Of a stretch of 64,000 nt of DNA, positions 11,790 through 23,788 are shown piece after piece. Source of the DNA: Hormiphora californensis (taxonomy: Eukaryota > Animalia > Ctenophora); assembly GCA_020137815.1 (NCBI GenBank), contig CM035360.1, forward strand, positions 3,596,001-3,660,000, read 5' to 3'. The first letter of the stretch is position 1; every line of letters starts with the position of its first letter. The notes below the pieces were generated by a model. That model saw nothing but the letters and a program-made list of their open reading frames with translations, searched no databases and was not told the DNA's origin. The position numbers were made by a program, and so were the translations under genes.

Positions 11790-14700
11790 TCACACACAGT
11801 CCACATTGCACGTTATCGCATTGTCACTGTCACACACGCACCTCCTGCATCCCGACCTGAATGCTGAGCCACCTGATACCACCCTTCCCCCAGTATAACA
11901 CCCGTCTAGTGAGGGGGACCCAGATACTGAACCTGAGGGGGATGGGTGGGATTAGTAATACCAAGATTTAACCTATCCAATCTGAGAATCAACATGATCG
12001 ACTGGAATGGGATGTCTTGTACTATTGCTTTGTCTACCAGATGGCAGATTGAGGGATCAAGCCTCCCTGAGGGTCGGGTACTAGTGATACTGGACAAAAT
12101 TGAAATTTCAAATGCCACTTTGACTTACATTGTCGAGGGCTGATACGTGTACAGTGGAGTTGTTGTGAGGCGCACTGGCACCGAGTACACCCATTTACAA
12201 AGTGCGTCCCCTCCTCAACTCGCATACCATACTCAATATCACAACCTGTAGGGTGGGGGGTCATGATTAAGTTGTATTGAGGGGTGGGGGTCAGGTTGTT
12301 GAGTAAGGGGTGGAATGGGGAACATTAACAAGGATGAAGCATTGTCCCTATTCTAATTCACAAGAGAACAGTCTGTCAGGACAATGCTCTGACCACAGTT
12401 ATCACGCGCTCCGAGAATAGGGCAAGGCCAATGCTCTGACATAACAGAACAGTAAGCATGGTCCTGACAGCGTCTTTGTTTACCTGGTTGTGTTGAGTGA
12501 CTGGGTTGATTATAAACAGGACAAGGTTGCTGTCTGTGACAGCTCAATCCATACCCGCCATGAGGACGCAACGTGCACCTGAAAAGACAGCATAGTTTTC
12601 TCTTGTAATGGTGAACCGATTTAGAAGAATTTTCAAGACTAACTAAAGAGTCTGTGCAAGACTTGACTGACCTGCAGTATTGACAGTTTCCATTTAGAGT
12701 GACCCCGGAGGGAGGGATGATCACACCACCCACCCTACACCCCTCCACTCTGTTCACACACCGGGATAGCAGTTCACACACCAGTTGATCACCTTGCCCA
12801 CCCTCACACCTACACTTCACACACCTGAGGTTACATGGAGTTGTCTAGATAAGGGGGGTTGGGTTTTACCACAGCACTGATAATACTATACTACTGCTTG
12901 GAGTGGGGGCCACTGTGGGACCTCCGAACTGGTCTCGCCTGTGTTAGCTACTACTGCCTATAAACCTAGTCAATAGAGCGAACTGCCCGAGGTGACAGCA
13001 GTGAGTTTCTCTCACCTGTTAAGCATGACGGTGTAACCGTTGGGAATGACTGCTCCTTCATAAAAACATCCGTGGCCGTATGGTCCTCGGGAAAATACAC
13101 TTCGGTGTCCGTTTGCCAAGTTGTGGTTGTGGAAGTTGGAAAACTCAACCGGAGTACTGAGATAGAAAGGGACTTTACTTGGGGGTTAGGAGATTGAAGA
13201 TGTTCAGGGGAACTTGTGAGGCTCATAGCGCACTCTATGAGGGCTCGGTACGTCAAAAGTGAACCAGAAATTTGCAGGCAAGACTAATTCGTAAAACTAA
13301 AAGAGCTACTAAACTAGATTCACAACTTACTTTTCTCTCTTAACATTGTTCGAAGAACCGGAGGAGCTAAGATCTGAGGATGAGATCACCTGACCATTGA
13401 CATCAACTGCAGCAGCACCCTGTTCTTCTTTCTTCTTCTGTTGTCCCATCTTCAATCTCTCTCCTTCTCCTCCACTCATGGACTTATCATTACTTCCCCC
13501 ACTCTTACTCACTGTCTGCCTAACACAACTAAACACTGCGCTATCACCTTGATTCACACAATTACAAAACAGATTCCCAGGAAGCTCTGTTTGTCCCCCA
13601 ACCTCCGTACTCTTTCCCTGGAAAACACACCTCAACTCCTTCTCTTTTTCCACACTCACCACCGGTGACTCATCTCTCTTTCCCTCCACCTCCTTCTCTC
13701 TCTTCCCCTCCAATTCCTTCCCCTCCAATTCCTTCTTCTCCTTCTCGTGTTGAACTTGTTGAGGTGGTTGACCTGCCACCGTGAGACTATTCTGGCAATT
13801 GGCCAGGGTATGACATATGAAAATGGGCCCTGTGGTATGTTTGTGGCAGACACATGACTTGCACTTGTTGAGCGGGAGAATTGATCCAAAGCTGTAGATA
13901 ACATCTCCCCTTCTACAACCCAACAGTTCCTCCTTGGGTGGTTGTACCTTTTCGACCACTTCCACCTTTTGAGAGCAGGACCTATCGTAGTTGCAAGCTA
14001 GGTAAGGGTTCCCCTGGGGATCCTCTGTACACCGGCACCTGGTACATTCTTCCAGCTGGAGAGTGGTACCAACTGCTACATTTCGAGATTTTACCACGCA
14101 CCTTTTACCACCACCGCGGTGGGGCTGATTCTTAGTTGCTGTTTTAGAGGGCGTTTTTGGGATGATATTTTCCTTGCAGTCTGGGTGTGCTTTACAGTAG
14201 AACCCAGTTCGGTTTTCTACATTCAAACAGACGCAAGTTTTACAATTACCAACCGCTATGGCGTCCAAGAGTGGAATCACATGGCCATCAAGCGCGCAAT
14301 GTCGATGAACAATTGGACCCGGGGTTCTCATCCATTTTCGTTTCTCATCCTCATCCTCATCCTCATCTTTCTCTTTTTTCTCATTCTCCTTTTCTTTCTC
14401 TTTTTTCTCCTCCCCTTCGTCAACTGAAATCCGTGTTTTCTCCGGAACCAGGCAGGTATCTCTACAGTGGACCTCGGGCGAGCCCTGAACCAACAAACAC
14501 GCACACTCAAGACACTGTCCCTCCTGGAACATCACTCCAAGTGGCAACTTCTTCTGCTCTCGGACACAAAACAGTTCCCCCTTCTCCACACAGACGGGAT
14601 CTTTGTAGCACCTGATGAGCGGTGAACCATTCTCATCTAGATCACATAGACACCGATCACAACCCCTTTTGATGCTCTCCCCAATAGAATAAATGTTGTT

Positions 14701-17700
14701 ACCATGGTAACATTTCCTATCACTGTAACAGTTGGAACCTCTGTTACAAAAGAAGATATGATCAGGGTGCTTGGTACAGAGACAGTCCACACAACCCCTT
14801 CGGAATGTCTGGTGGAATGAATACTTCTCACTATCTATCTCGCAACCTTGGTTCGTCAGGGAGAGAGAGTAGTCACGTGGTGTTGGGTCATGTTTAGATT
14901 CGTTTCCTTGGTGACGGGCAACAACTTCCTTCACCAATGCTTCGATTTCTTGTTTTGTTCTCGGTGCTTTGTCCTTCAATTTATCACCAGACTCATGGTC
15001 TCCATCAGCCTTTTTGTCATTACTGATCGCATCCTCCTTGCTTTCGTCGGGTTTACCATCAGGCTTAGACTTCTTCTTCTTATCTGCTTCTTTCTCATCC
15101 CCATCGTTCTCGTGGACCCTCATGGTATCTTCATGTTTCTTACACCTGATCACCGGGTTTCCTTCAACATTACCACACACACAAACGGCTCCCTCTAACT
15201 CGAACTTCTGCCCCGGCGAGAAGGCTCTACTCTTGTAATAACAGGTCAGTTGGCTAGTTTTTGTGACATGATCAGAGCATTCAGAATCCTCGCTACACTT
15301 GAACTCAGTGATGTTTTTTGTTGACCTACATTTACAGGAAATGCAACGTTTGAGTTTCATTACGTCACCATTCTTGTAAACTACGTTCTTGTAGCGACAA
15401 GTCCGTTCTGATTCTACTGTCATTGAGGAATCTAACTTATCGTTATCGTCAGTCCCATTTTCGTCTGGAGTCTCGTCTTCTTTAGTAGTAGTGGTAGATT
15501 CTTTGGTAGTGTTTGTGGAGTCAGTTGCATCCTTGGTATCTTTCGTTTCACTGGACGGTATTTTGTCAGTTTCATCATCTGTATCCTCTTTCTTATCTAA
15601 TGGCTTAGTTTCATCATCTTTTGCTGGTACCTTCGCTGTCTTTTTCTCGACTTTCGAGGTTGTATCTTTGGTGTCACTGTCACTCTTCTTATTTTCACCT
15701 TCTTGATTCTCCGTCGATTCAGAAAGTTTTTCCGTTTCTGCTGGCGTGACATCGGGAATTTTAGGCTTTGGGATCGCTTTAGGAAGTTTTGGGGCTTCGG
15801 GAAGCTTAGGCTTTGGCATGGCATCTGGAAGTTTTGGAGCTTTCACTTCTGGGATTTTAGGTTTTGGCATGGCATCTGGAAGTTTTGGAGCTTTAACTTC
15901 GGGAATTTTAGGTTTTGGCATGGCATCTGGAAGTTTTGGAGCTTTCACTTCTGGGAGTTTAGGTTTTGGCATCGCATCTGGAAGTTTTGGAGCTTTAACT
16001 TCAGGGATTTTAGGTTTTGGAATCGCATCTGGAAGTTTTGGAGCTTTCACTTCTGGGAGTTTAGGTTTTGGCATCGCTTCAGGAAGTTTTGGAGCTTTCA
16101 CTTCAGGAATTTTAGGCTTTGGAATCACTTCAGGAAGTTTTGGAGCTTTCACTTCCGGGAGTTTAGGTTTTGGGATCGCGTCCGGAAGTTTTGGGGCGTC
16201 GGGCACATCTGGAGTTTTAGGAGTCAGGAAATCTGGAACTTTAGGTTTTGGAATCTCTTTAGGAAGTTCTGGGGCGTCGGGGACTTTCGGTGTAGGAACG
16301 TCGGGAACTTTGACGTCGGGGACTTCTGGTTTTGGAATACCTTTAGGGATCTTAGGGGTTGGTACATCGGGCAACACTTCATTCTCGTTTGTATCCTCCT
16401 CACTTTTCTTAGTTTCAGCTTTTTGTGTCTTATCCTCTTCTTCCTTTTTCCGTTCAACGTTTTCTGAAGCTTTCTCTTCATCGTTCTTCGTCACTTCATC
16501 TTTCTTCGTCACTTCATCTTTCTTCGTCTCTTCATCTTTCTTTGTCTCTTCATCTTTCTTCGACTCTTCCTTCGTATCTTCAACTGTCTTCGTCTCTTCA
16601 ACTGTCTTCGTCTCTTCAACTGCCTTCGTCTCCGTATCTTTCGTTTTCTCTTCAACTGTCTTCGTCTCTTCATCTTTCTTTTTCTCTTCTTTTGATACGC
16701 TTTCCTTTTTGTCCTGCTTCTCCTCAATCTTTGTCGTTTCAATGGGTTTGTCTTGCTTCTTGGGAACTATCTTTTTATCATTCTTCTCCTCAGCTATATC
16801 AACATTATCTTTGTCCTTATCTACAGTGTTATCCTTCACAGTTTCATCCCTCAGATGTTCAACCTCAATGTGTTTATCATGAGTCACCGTATCATCTGAA
16901 ACTTCCTCAGTATTTTCAATTTCAACATTCTTCGATTCGTTCAAATCAATCAAAGGAACATCTATCTTTTCTTTGACTTCTTTCTCGGTAGACTCAGTCT
17001 CTTTATCCTTACTCTTACCATCGTCTGCACCGGACTTTTTGGTTTCCGTTGACTGAGAATCCTCTTCAGGAGCGTCAACTTTTCCTAAAGTACTTTTCTT
17101 AATTTCAGACTCTGTCACTTCAATGACACTCTCGTCTTCGTCGTCTTCTTTCTCGATTTCGGCTTTGCTCTGTGAACTTACTTCAGTTTCCTTTTTCGGT
17201 TCAGGCTTTTCAGGGGTCTTGATAGAAGCAGGTTTCTCTTCCTTTTCATTCACATCTTTCTTCTCCTTTTCCTCCTCACTCTCCTGATTTTTCTGATTCT
17301 TTTCATCTTCCTTTTCTACGGGTTCCTTTTCTTCAGGCTTCTTTTCTTCAGGTTCTTCAGGCTTCTTTTCTTCAGGTTCTTCAGGTTTCTTTTCTTCAGA
17401 TTTCTTTTCTTCGGAGTTAGGTTTATCTTTCATCTCTTTCTTTTCGTTTTTCTTTTTATCCTCCTTATCATCCTGAGCTTTCTCTTTGTCCTTTTTCTTG
17501 CCATTATCGTCAACGTCCTTTTTGTGCTCTTTTGTCTCCTTCTTCTCCGGTGTCTCATCTTTTGGACCCTTCTTCTCAGAAGTTTCCTCCGCATCATCCT
17601 TCTTCTCCTCCACATTATCCTTCTTATCAGGTTCATCTTCCACTTTCTCCTTGGGTTTATCTTCCTTCACCTCAGACTCACCTCCAACATTCTCAACGTG

Positions 17701-19552
17701 AACCGTTAACTTTGGTTTGCAACTCTTCACATTCTTACAATAGATCACACTACGAGCACCCACGTTCATACACGCACACTTCTTGCACCCCAGACGAATA
17801 CTGTGATTGTGGGGAACCAGCCGACCCCTGAACAGACATCCACCTCGTTTACATGCCATGTCTACTCGACATTTCAGCCGGGCAGAGCGTGGGTCACCCA
17901 GACACGTGCAGGTCTTGCATTTCCTAACCTGGGGAGATGGAAGTTGGAGAAACGGGGATATTTCATGGAACCATTATCATATGTGGGAAATGATTTGAAA
18001 AACATATTTTAGTTCTTCAAAAATTGAGTATTCAATTAAACACTTACAGCGACGGTTTGACCAAATCGGATGTACTGTTCTGCGTACCGGCAACCATGGT
18101 GTGTCAACCCATACTTCTGGAGTACAAGCTGACGACGTGGTGTCGGAGCTCGACGGTACATGCACGCCATAGCTGTTTTACAGGACATGTAACCATGGCG
18201 ACCATGGTGGTAACCATGGTAACCATGGTGGCGGCAGGTACACTCCCTGCACCTGCCCCTGTGAATTACATTCCCATACCTGACAAATCTTCCCCTGTAC
18301 CTGCAACCCTGGAAATTAAGTTAACTTGTTACCAATCTGTCGGGGGTGTGGGAAATTAATTATTGAATCAGAAGCGTTATGCCTCACATACCTTGTGGTG
18401 GACGGTAACAGGATGATGATGAACATGATGGACACGGCGAGGCTGGTGTCGGGGCTGGTAGTGATGATGTACCACATGGTGTCGGGGTGGCAGGACATGG
18501 TGCCGGGGTGGCAGGACGTGGTGCCGGGGTGGGAAGACATGGTGCCGGGGTGGCAGGACATGGTGGTAGTGAGCTTGACGTTGGACTGGAGGGTGAACAA
18601 CATGTTCCGTTCTATACTGGACTACCCTGCAGGGATATATAGGAATGTGATAAATACCAGGATATATCCGGACTTGATCATGGTTGCTATTAAACTTTGA
18701 AGCAACAAAAGGTTTCACTGTTCCAAGATCAGATACATCTCTCTCCTTCTTTTTCCCTTTCTTAGTTCTTACGTATTATGTTCCCCTCTCTCCTTTCTTA
18801 CCTAACTCTCCTTTCTTACCTATATTGGGGTCTATAGTTTACAGCAGGTCGGTGATGGTAGACATGGACAGTACCCCGGGGTGCCGTGTGTTGTTGATAT
18901 CCAAAGTAGTGTACCAAGACACGTGATCCTCCCAGTGTGGAATACCTATCAAATCAGATAAGAATCAGATGAAAATGAAACATAGATAAGAATGGGTTCT
19001 CAAGGACTAGGAGGACGAAGTAAACGGTTTAGAAAAGTATAGAGTGAACAGCTAAACAACAACTGTATGCCTTTCAATCACTGCTCAATGTATCGCAATC
19101 TGACAACAGTGAAAATATAACTGTGTACAAAATACACGGCAACACACGTACCTTCTATAGCATGGTCTATGACAAACAGGTCTGCCACTTCCATCAAATA
19201 CAGGTGTACCACTGTAGTAGAGCCTGTGGGGACTACCCCTTACTGGCCTATAGTCACAGTAGTGGAGACCATGCCCCACAGGTAGGGGCTGGGATGGGCC
19301 ACATGACGCCCAGATACAGGGTAGTAGGAAGAGGAGGCTGAATAGGATCTTCAACGGTCTGAGTTTGGGAATTTGATGATCATAGGTATTGTACGGGATT
19401 GGGACTTCCATGACGAAACAAGTAATGCTGTATTGATCATGTATTTCCATACCCCTGGCCCAGGGAGATATGGAAATCCATGATCAAGAGGGCCCTCAGC
19501 GGGATATATGAGGTGGGAAAATACACCATGAAGTTGAAAAAACTTACCTCAT
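11790..19552 (-). CDS. Large secreted multi-domain protein: signal peptide, His-rich repeats, many VWC-like Cys modules, K/E-rich and PKPK repeat stalk
   Basis: ATGAG|gtaag at 19552 then LLFLLPCIWASCG; further exons ~18947-18844, ~18645-18393, ~18308-18048, giant exon ~17928-13331, then ~12824, ~12578, ~12245, ~11932; CxxCxC modules throughout; probable 1-bp indel in the last exon. Confidence 0.8.
15745..16370 (-). repeat. Coding 51-bp repeat (PKPK[IL]PEVKAPKLP[DE]A[MI])
   Basis: About 8 near-identical 17-aa units plus degenerate copies within the giant exon. Confidence 0.9.
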
Positions 19553-20989
19553 GGCATGGCCGTGATTATGAATATAATCGTGCTTTTTACATCTAAACAA
19601 ATTCACATTTATTCAATCAATAAACCACGAAAGCTACAAACTACATTTATCTACAATCACTGAAACAGTACTGCCGATACTGATTACTGATACTATACAC
19701 TGACAACACACAAAAGTATACACACAATACACACCTCGAGAGATATACATTGGGAGGAAATGGTATGCAGACAGCAACCCTCACTGCTGCAGGGGGGGTC
19801 TCCTTCTGTCTGTCCCTTAGCGCAACAAGCACTGGACACATATGTAACAAGGCCATGATACTTGGCACATGTTTCTCTTTATATTTTCGAAGTCGAAATC
19901 ATGAAAGTTTGGAGATGAATTGGGCATGGTTTATTTTAAATGACCTGCTTATACTCGCACATGAACCTGTTACTGTTTTCTTGCAATATTTTATTCATTT
20001 AGCCGGATAATACCAGACATCCTAAATCTTATTGTTATCTCTCTGACGTAAGAAAAGGCCCTTTTGACGTCACTCGAGGTGCGTCATATTATATGCGAGT
20101 ATCTAATTCATTAAGTTTCAAAATGCAGCTATGGCTACTGCAGCAGTTGGGGTTGATTCAATTTGGGTCATCTCAGAGGACTTCAAATGGAGCTATTTTC
20201 TTTCCTAATCCTTGTATTTGTTAGGACCTATATAGTAGTCACGCTTCAGCTTATTTGATCTAATTCCAGGCGATATTTTTATTCAAGCTGCAACAAAGAA
20301 TTCCATCCTTTCTTTAGGTGGCTTCTTTCCAATAAAACAGTTCACTCTTATAACAGTCTCTTATCGCTGATCCAGGCCCTCTACTTTGGGTTACCCTGTT
20401 GAAAATAATGACCCATATTTATTTTACTGTCTCCCATGATCCAGCCTCTTGAATTCTCACAGTTCATGATTGAAGAGGGAAGTTAAACTTCCATCCCACC
20501 GTCGATCTAGATCTCTTGTCACGACAGTTGTAATAGTAGCTTTTTCAAACATCTTTTAGCATACTTGACATGTTCATGTTACCAGTCTGTCAGTCGGCCC
20601 GGTTTGAGCTAACATAACGAAAAAGACAATCTGTGTTTAATAAATTTTATCTTCTAACCTAGGATTTACATTTGATCGTGATATCGTATAATAGGTTTGT
20701 TTGTTCGCAGCATTAGCAAGGGATGGGCGACATTATACTGATGTAAATATGTCTTTTGTTTAAGGCTGCATAACCTGAATAAATTATTTCAGCGAAATTA
20801 TATTTCTATTAGATCCAATTGCCTAGACTTTGCTAATCCACCTAGACTTTGCTTATCCCACCTAGACTTTGCTTATCCAACCTAGACTTTGCTTATCCAA
20901 CCTAGACGTTGCTTATCCCACCTAGATTCGTTCACACATCAGGGTTTCAACTATGCCACTAACAATTTACCTTCCAATCGTAGTGGTGA

Positions 20990-22573
20990 ATGGATTCTAC
21001 GGTCCAAGATAATGGCAGCTCTGGTCCTCCAGCCTCTCCACCGCCATACAACGCCCTGGGTGGGAAAGATGCAGAAAGTAACGATGGTAACCATGGTAAC
21101 GATGGTAACCATGGTAACCATGGTAACCAAGATAACCATGGTAACAATGATAAAGAAATAGGTAACATGGACAGCCGGGAAAAGATGAAAAAGAACATCA
21201 CAGTTTTCCGGGGCATCTCGATTGTCGTTGGCACTGTAATCGGTACCGGTATATTCATTACACCAAACTCCATCACTCGGTCCGTTGGAGCTCCCGCTAC
21301 TTCTCTCTTGGTATGGCTAGCTGGGGGTGCTATCGCGGCTATCGGAGGTATGACCTTTTGTGAGCTGGGTAGTATGATCCCCCTTAGTGGAGCTGAAGTG
21401 ACCTATCTGAGGAAGATCTATGGGCCTGTTTATGGTTTCCTGGCTGTATGGCTCCTTCACTTTGTTTTGGGAGGAATGAGACGGGCAATCGGGGTTCTGT
21501 CCTTCTCGGCCTACTTTTGGTCGCTGTTCTACTCTAACACTGAAGAGGGTGTGAACTGGTTTTTAGACAAGGGTGTCTGTCTATTCTTTCTTTTCCTAGT
21601 TGCAGCCCTAACAGCCTTCAAACCAACCCTCCTACTCAAGGTTATCATGTTGTTTACTGCATCCAAGATCGTTGCCATGGCAACCATTATTGTTTGCGGA
21701 GTGGTGTGGCTGGCAAAAGGCCAAACAGAGCACATTGCAGTGGGCTTCAATAACACCAACCATGATGTACGGAGTTGGGCGGATGCTTGGAATGGGGTTA
21801 TTTGGTCTTATCTGGGTTGGGAGCAGATTTGTATTGTAACCAGCGAAGTACAGAATCCCCAACGGAATGTCCCTATCATTGTCATATCATCGGTTGCCAT
21901 AGTAACCACACTCTACATGTTAACCATAACCAGTTACCACGTCGTGTTACCCCTCTCAACCATCATCCAGGAGATACCCATAGCGAGTGAGTTTGGAACG
22001 GTAACCATGGGAACAGCAGGTCGGATCATCTTGGCTCTCTTTGTGGTGTGTTCCTCCCTTGGCAACCTGATGTGTACCTTCCTAACAGAGAGCCGGTATA
22101 TCCATGCAGGAGCGGCTGAAGGGCTGTTACCAGGACCCTTGGAGCTCGTATCACGGCAATTCAAAACTCCCCTGGTCTCCGTCATCTATCTCACATTCAA
22201 CTGTGCTGTATTTGTGTTGGTGGGGAGGCTAGATGACCTTATCGGATCTGCTTCCTTCACCGTCTTCCCGTTCTACGTCCTGTGCTCGATAGGTGTCCTT
22301 GTAATGCGATACCGAGCTCCCGATCTCCCCCGATCCTATCGAGTCCCCCTGATCTGTCCCATTTTGTTTATCCTGTTTGGTGTGTTTGTGTTTGTCAGCC
22401 AGTTCCTGGGTGATGCCTGGTTATCTTCGCTGGTGTGGGTGTTGGTGCTATTGTGCGGTGTTCCTGTCTACTATCTGGTGATTCAGGATGTAACGGGGTG
22501 TGTTAGGAGCCCGCTAAGGAAGGGGAGTGTGGCTGTTAAAGGATTCCTGGGGGACAAACTTAACTGTGATTAG
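20990..22573 (+). CDS. SLC7 (LAT/b0,+AT-type) amino acid transporter light chain, copy 1, intronless
   Basis: GISIVVGTVIGTGIFITP, ELGSMIPLSG, GW..I..V.SEV.NP.RN.P, SR...AGA.EG.LP motifs; ~12 hydrophobic segments. Confidence 0.93.
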   Translation: MDSTVQDNGSSGPPASPPPYNALGGKDAESNDGNHGNDGNHGNHGNQDNHGNNDKEIGNMDSREKMKKNITVFRGISIVVGTVIGTGIFITPNSITRSVGAPATSLLVWLAGGAIAAIGGMTFCELGSMIPLSGAEVTYLRKIYGPVYGFLAVWLLHFVLGGMRRAIGVLSFSAYFWSLFYSNTEEGVNWFLDKGVCLFFLFLVAALTAFKPTLLLKVIMLFTASKIVAMATIIVCGVVWLAKGQTEHIAVGFNNTNHDVRSWADAWNGVIWSYLGWEQICIVTSEVQNPQRNVPIIVISSVAIVTTLYMLTITSYHVVLPLSTIIQEIPIASEFGTVTMGTAGRIILALFVVCSSLGNLMCTFLTESRYIHAGAAEGLLPGPLELVSRQFKTPLVSVIYLTFNCAVFVLVGRLDDLIGSASFTVFPFYVLCSIGVLVMRYRAPDLPRSYRVPLICPILFILFGVFVFVSQFLGDAWLSSLVWVLVLLCGVPVYYLVIQDVTGCVRSPLRKGSVAVKGFLGDKLNCD

Positions 22574-23134
22574 TGGAGTGTGTGTTTATATCTGGTTACA
22601 GGCGGGGTTTTATATAATGACCTTTCAAGTGAACCAATAAACCTTATTCGACTAGTTAGGGACGTTTATTCGCGGATTTTAAAAGGCATTATTGGCCAAT
22701 AACTTATTTACACGTATATTTACACTGTACATTTTCAGTTTAATGTTTTAACAAAATTCTGGCTGTTTATTCGTCACCATATCGTCCATTTAGAGTTAGG
22801 CGACGGAAAGATCTACCACTCAAGACTTGCTTGTAGACTGCTTACATGTTATATTCTTGTCTAAACCATCACAAAAATCAGGTAACTAGTGACATGTATG
22901 TATAGTTCCGTCACGACGTATGTCTATAGCTGGTGCACAGTCAGATTATGGTAAAGCTATTCAGAGGCCCTCCGAGTTCCTCCTGGCCGGAATGTAAACG
23001 TCGAGGATTGGTGACTCGAGGACTGGCGCCGTCTTGACTTGGGCAGGGGCTTGTAACTCCCTCAACTTCGCATCGGGGTTATGCAGGTGCGCAGGGGAAG
23101 AAATTGCTCCGAATAATCTCTCCAACTCTTCTTC

Positions 23135-23191
23135 TTGGTAACGCAATTACCCCTACATTGCGGGCACGCTAAAACGTAATTTCGTTACCAA
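23135..23191. mobile_element. 57-bp micro-MITE (TTGGTAACG...CGTTACCAA), 9-bp TSD
   Basis: TSD CTCTTCTTC on both sides; family member at 61321-61410. Confidence 0.75.
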
Positions 23192-23553
23192 CTCTTCTTC
23201 TTGAAATCGGAAATTATTTGGCCAGATTTATCTTCTAACAGTCACCTAGGATTTACATTTAATCGTGCTATCATAACATAATAGGCTTGTTTGTTTGCAG
23301 CAAAGGATGGGTGTCACTATCCTGGTGTAAATAATATGTCTTGTCTTGTTAAAAGCTGCATCGCCTGAATAAATTATTGACTGTTGATTTGACAGTAAAG
23401 CAGTATAATTTCAGCAAAATTATACTTCTATTCGTTCCAATTCCCTAGACTTTGCTTATCCGGGATGTTTGAACGAACCTAGACGTTGCTTATCCCACCT
23501 AGATTCTTTCAAATTGCATCAGGGTTTCAACTTTGCCACTAACAATTAACCTT

Positions 23554-23766
23554 GGGGGTCCAGCCTTAAAAAAGCTAAGCGATCGGCCAAAATTAGGGTA
23601 CCTTTAGCCTTTTTAAGCTTTTTTTAGCTTTTTTAATTTTTTTTGAGCTTCTTTACCTTTTATTAGCCTTTTTGGCCATTTTAGGCTAAAAAAGCTAACA
23701 TAAAAAAGGCCATCGACCAATATCAGGGTACCATTACTCATTAGCCATTCTTAGGGCTGGACCCCC
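23554..23766. mobile_element. MITE just upstream of SLC7 copy 2
   Basis: TIR GGGGGTCCAGCC, 6-bp TSD AACCTT; empty site in copy 1 (~20966). Confidence 0.85.
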
Positions 23767-23788
23767 AACCTTCCAATCGTAGTGGTGA

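Noticed and set aside
15703-16976. Plus-strand GSFGA/FW-rich ORFs
   Set aside because: Antisense shadows of the PKPK/KE coding repeats
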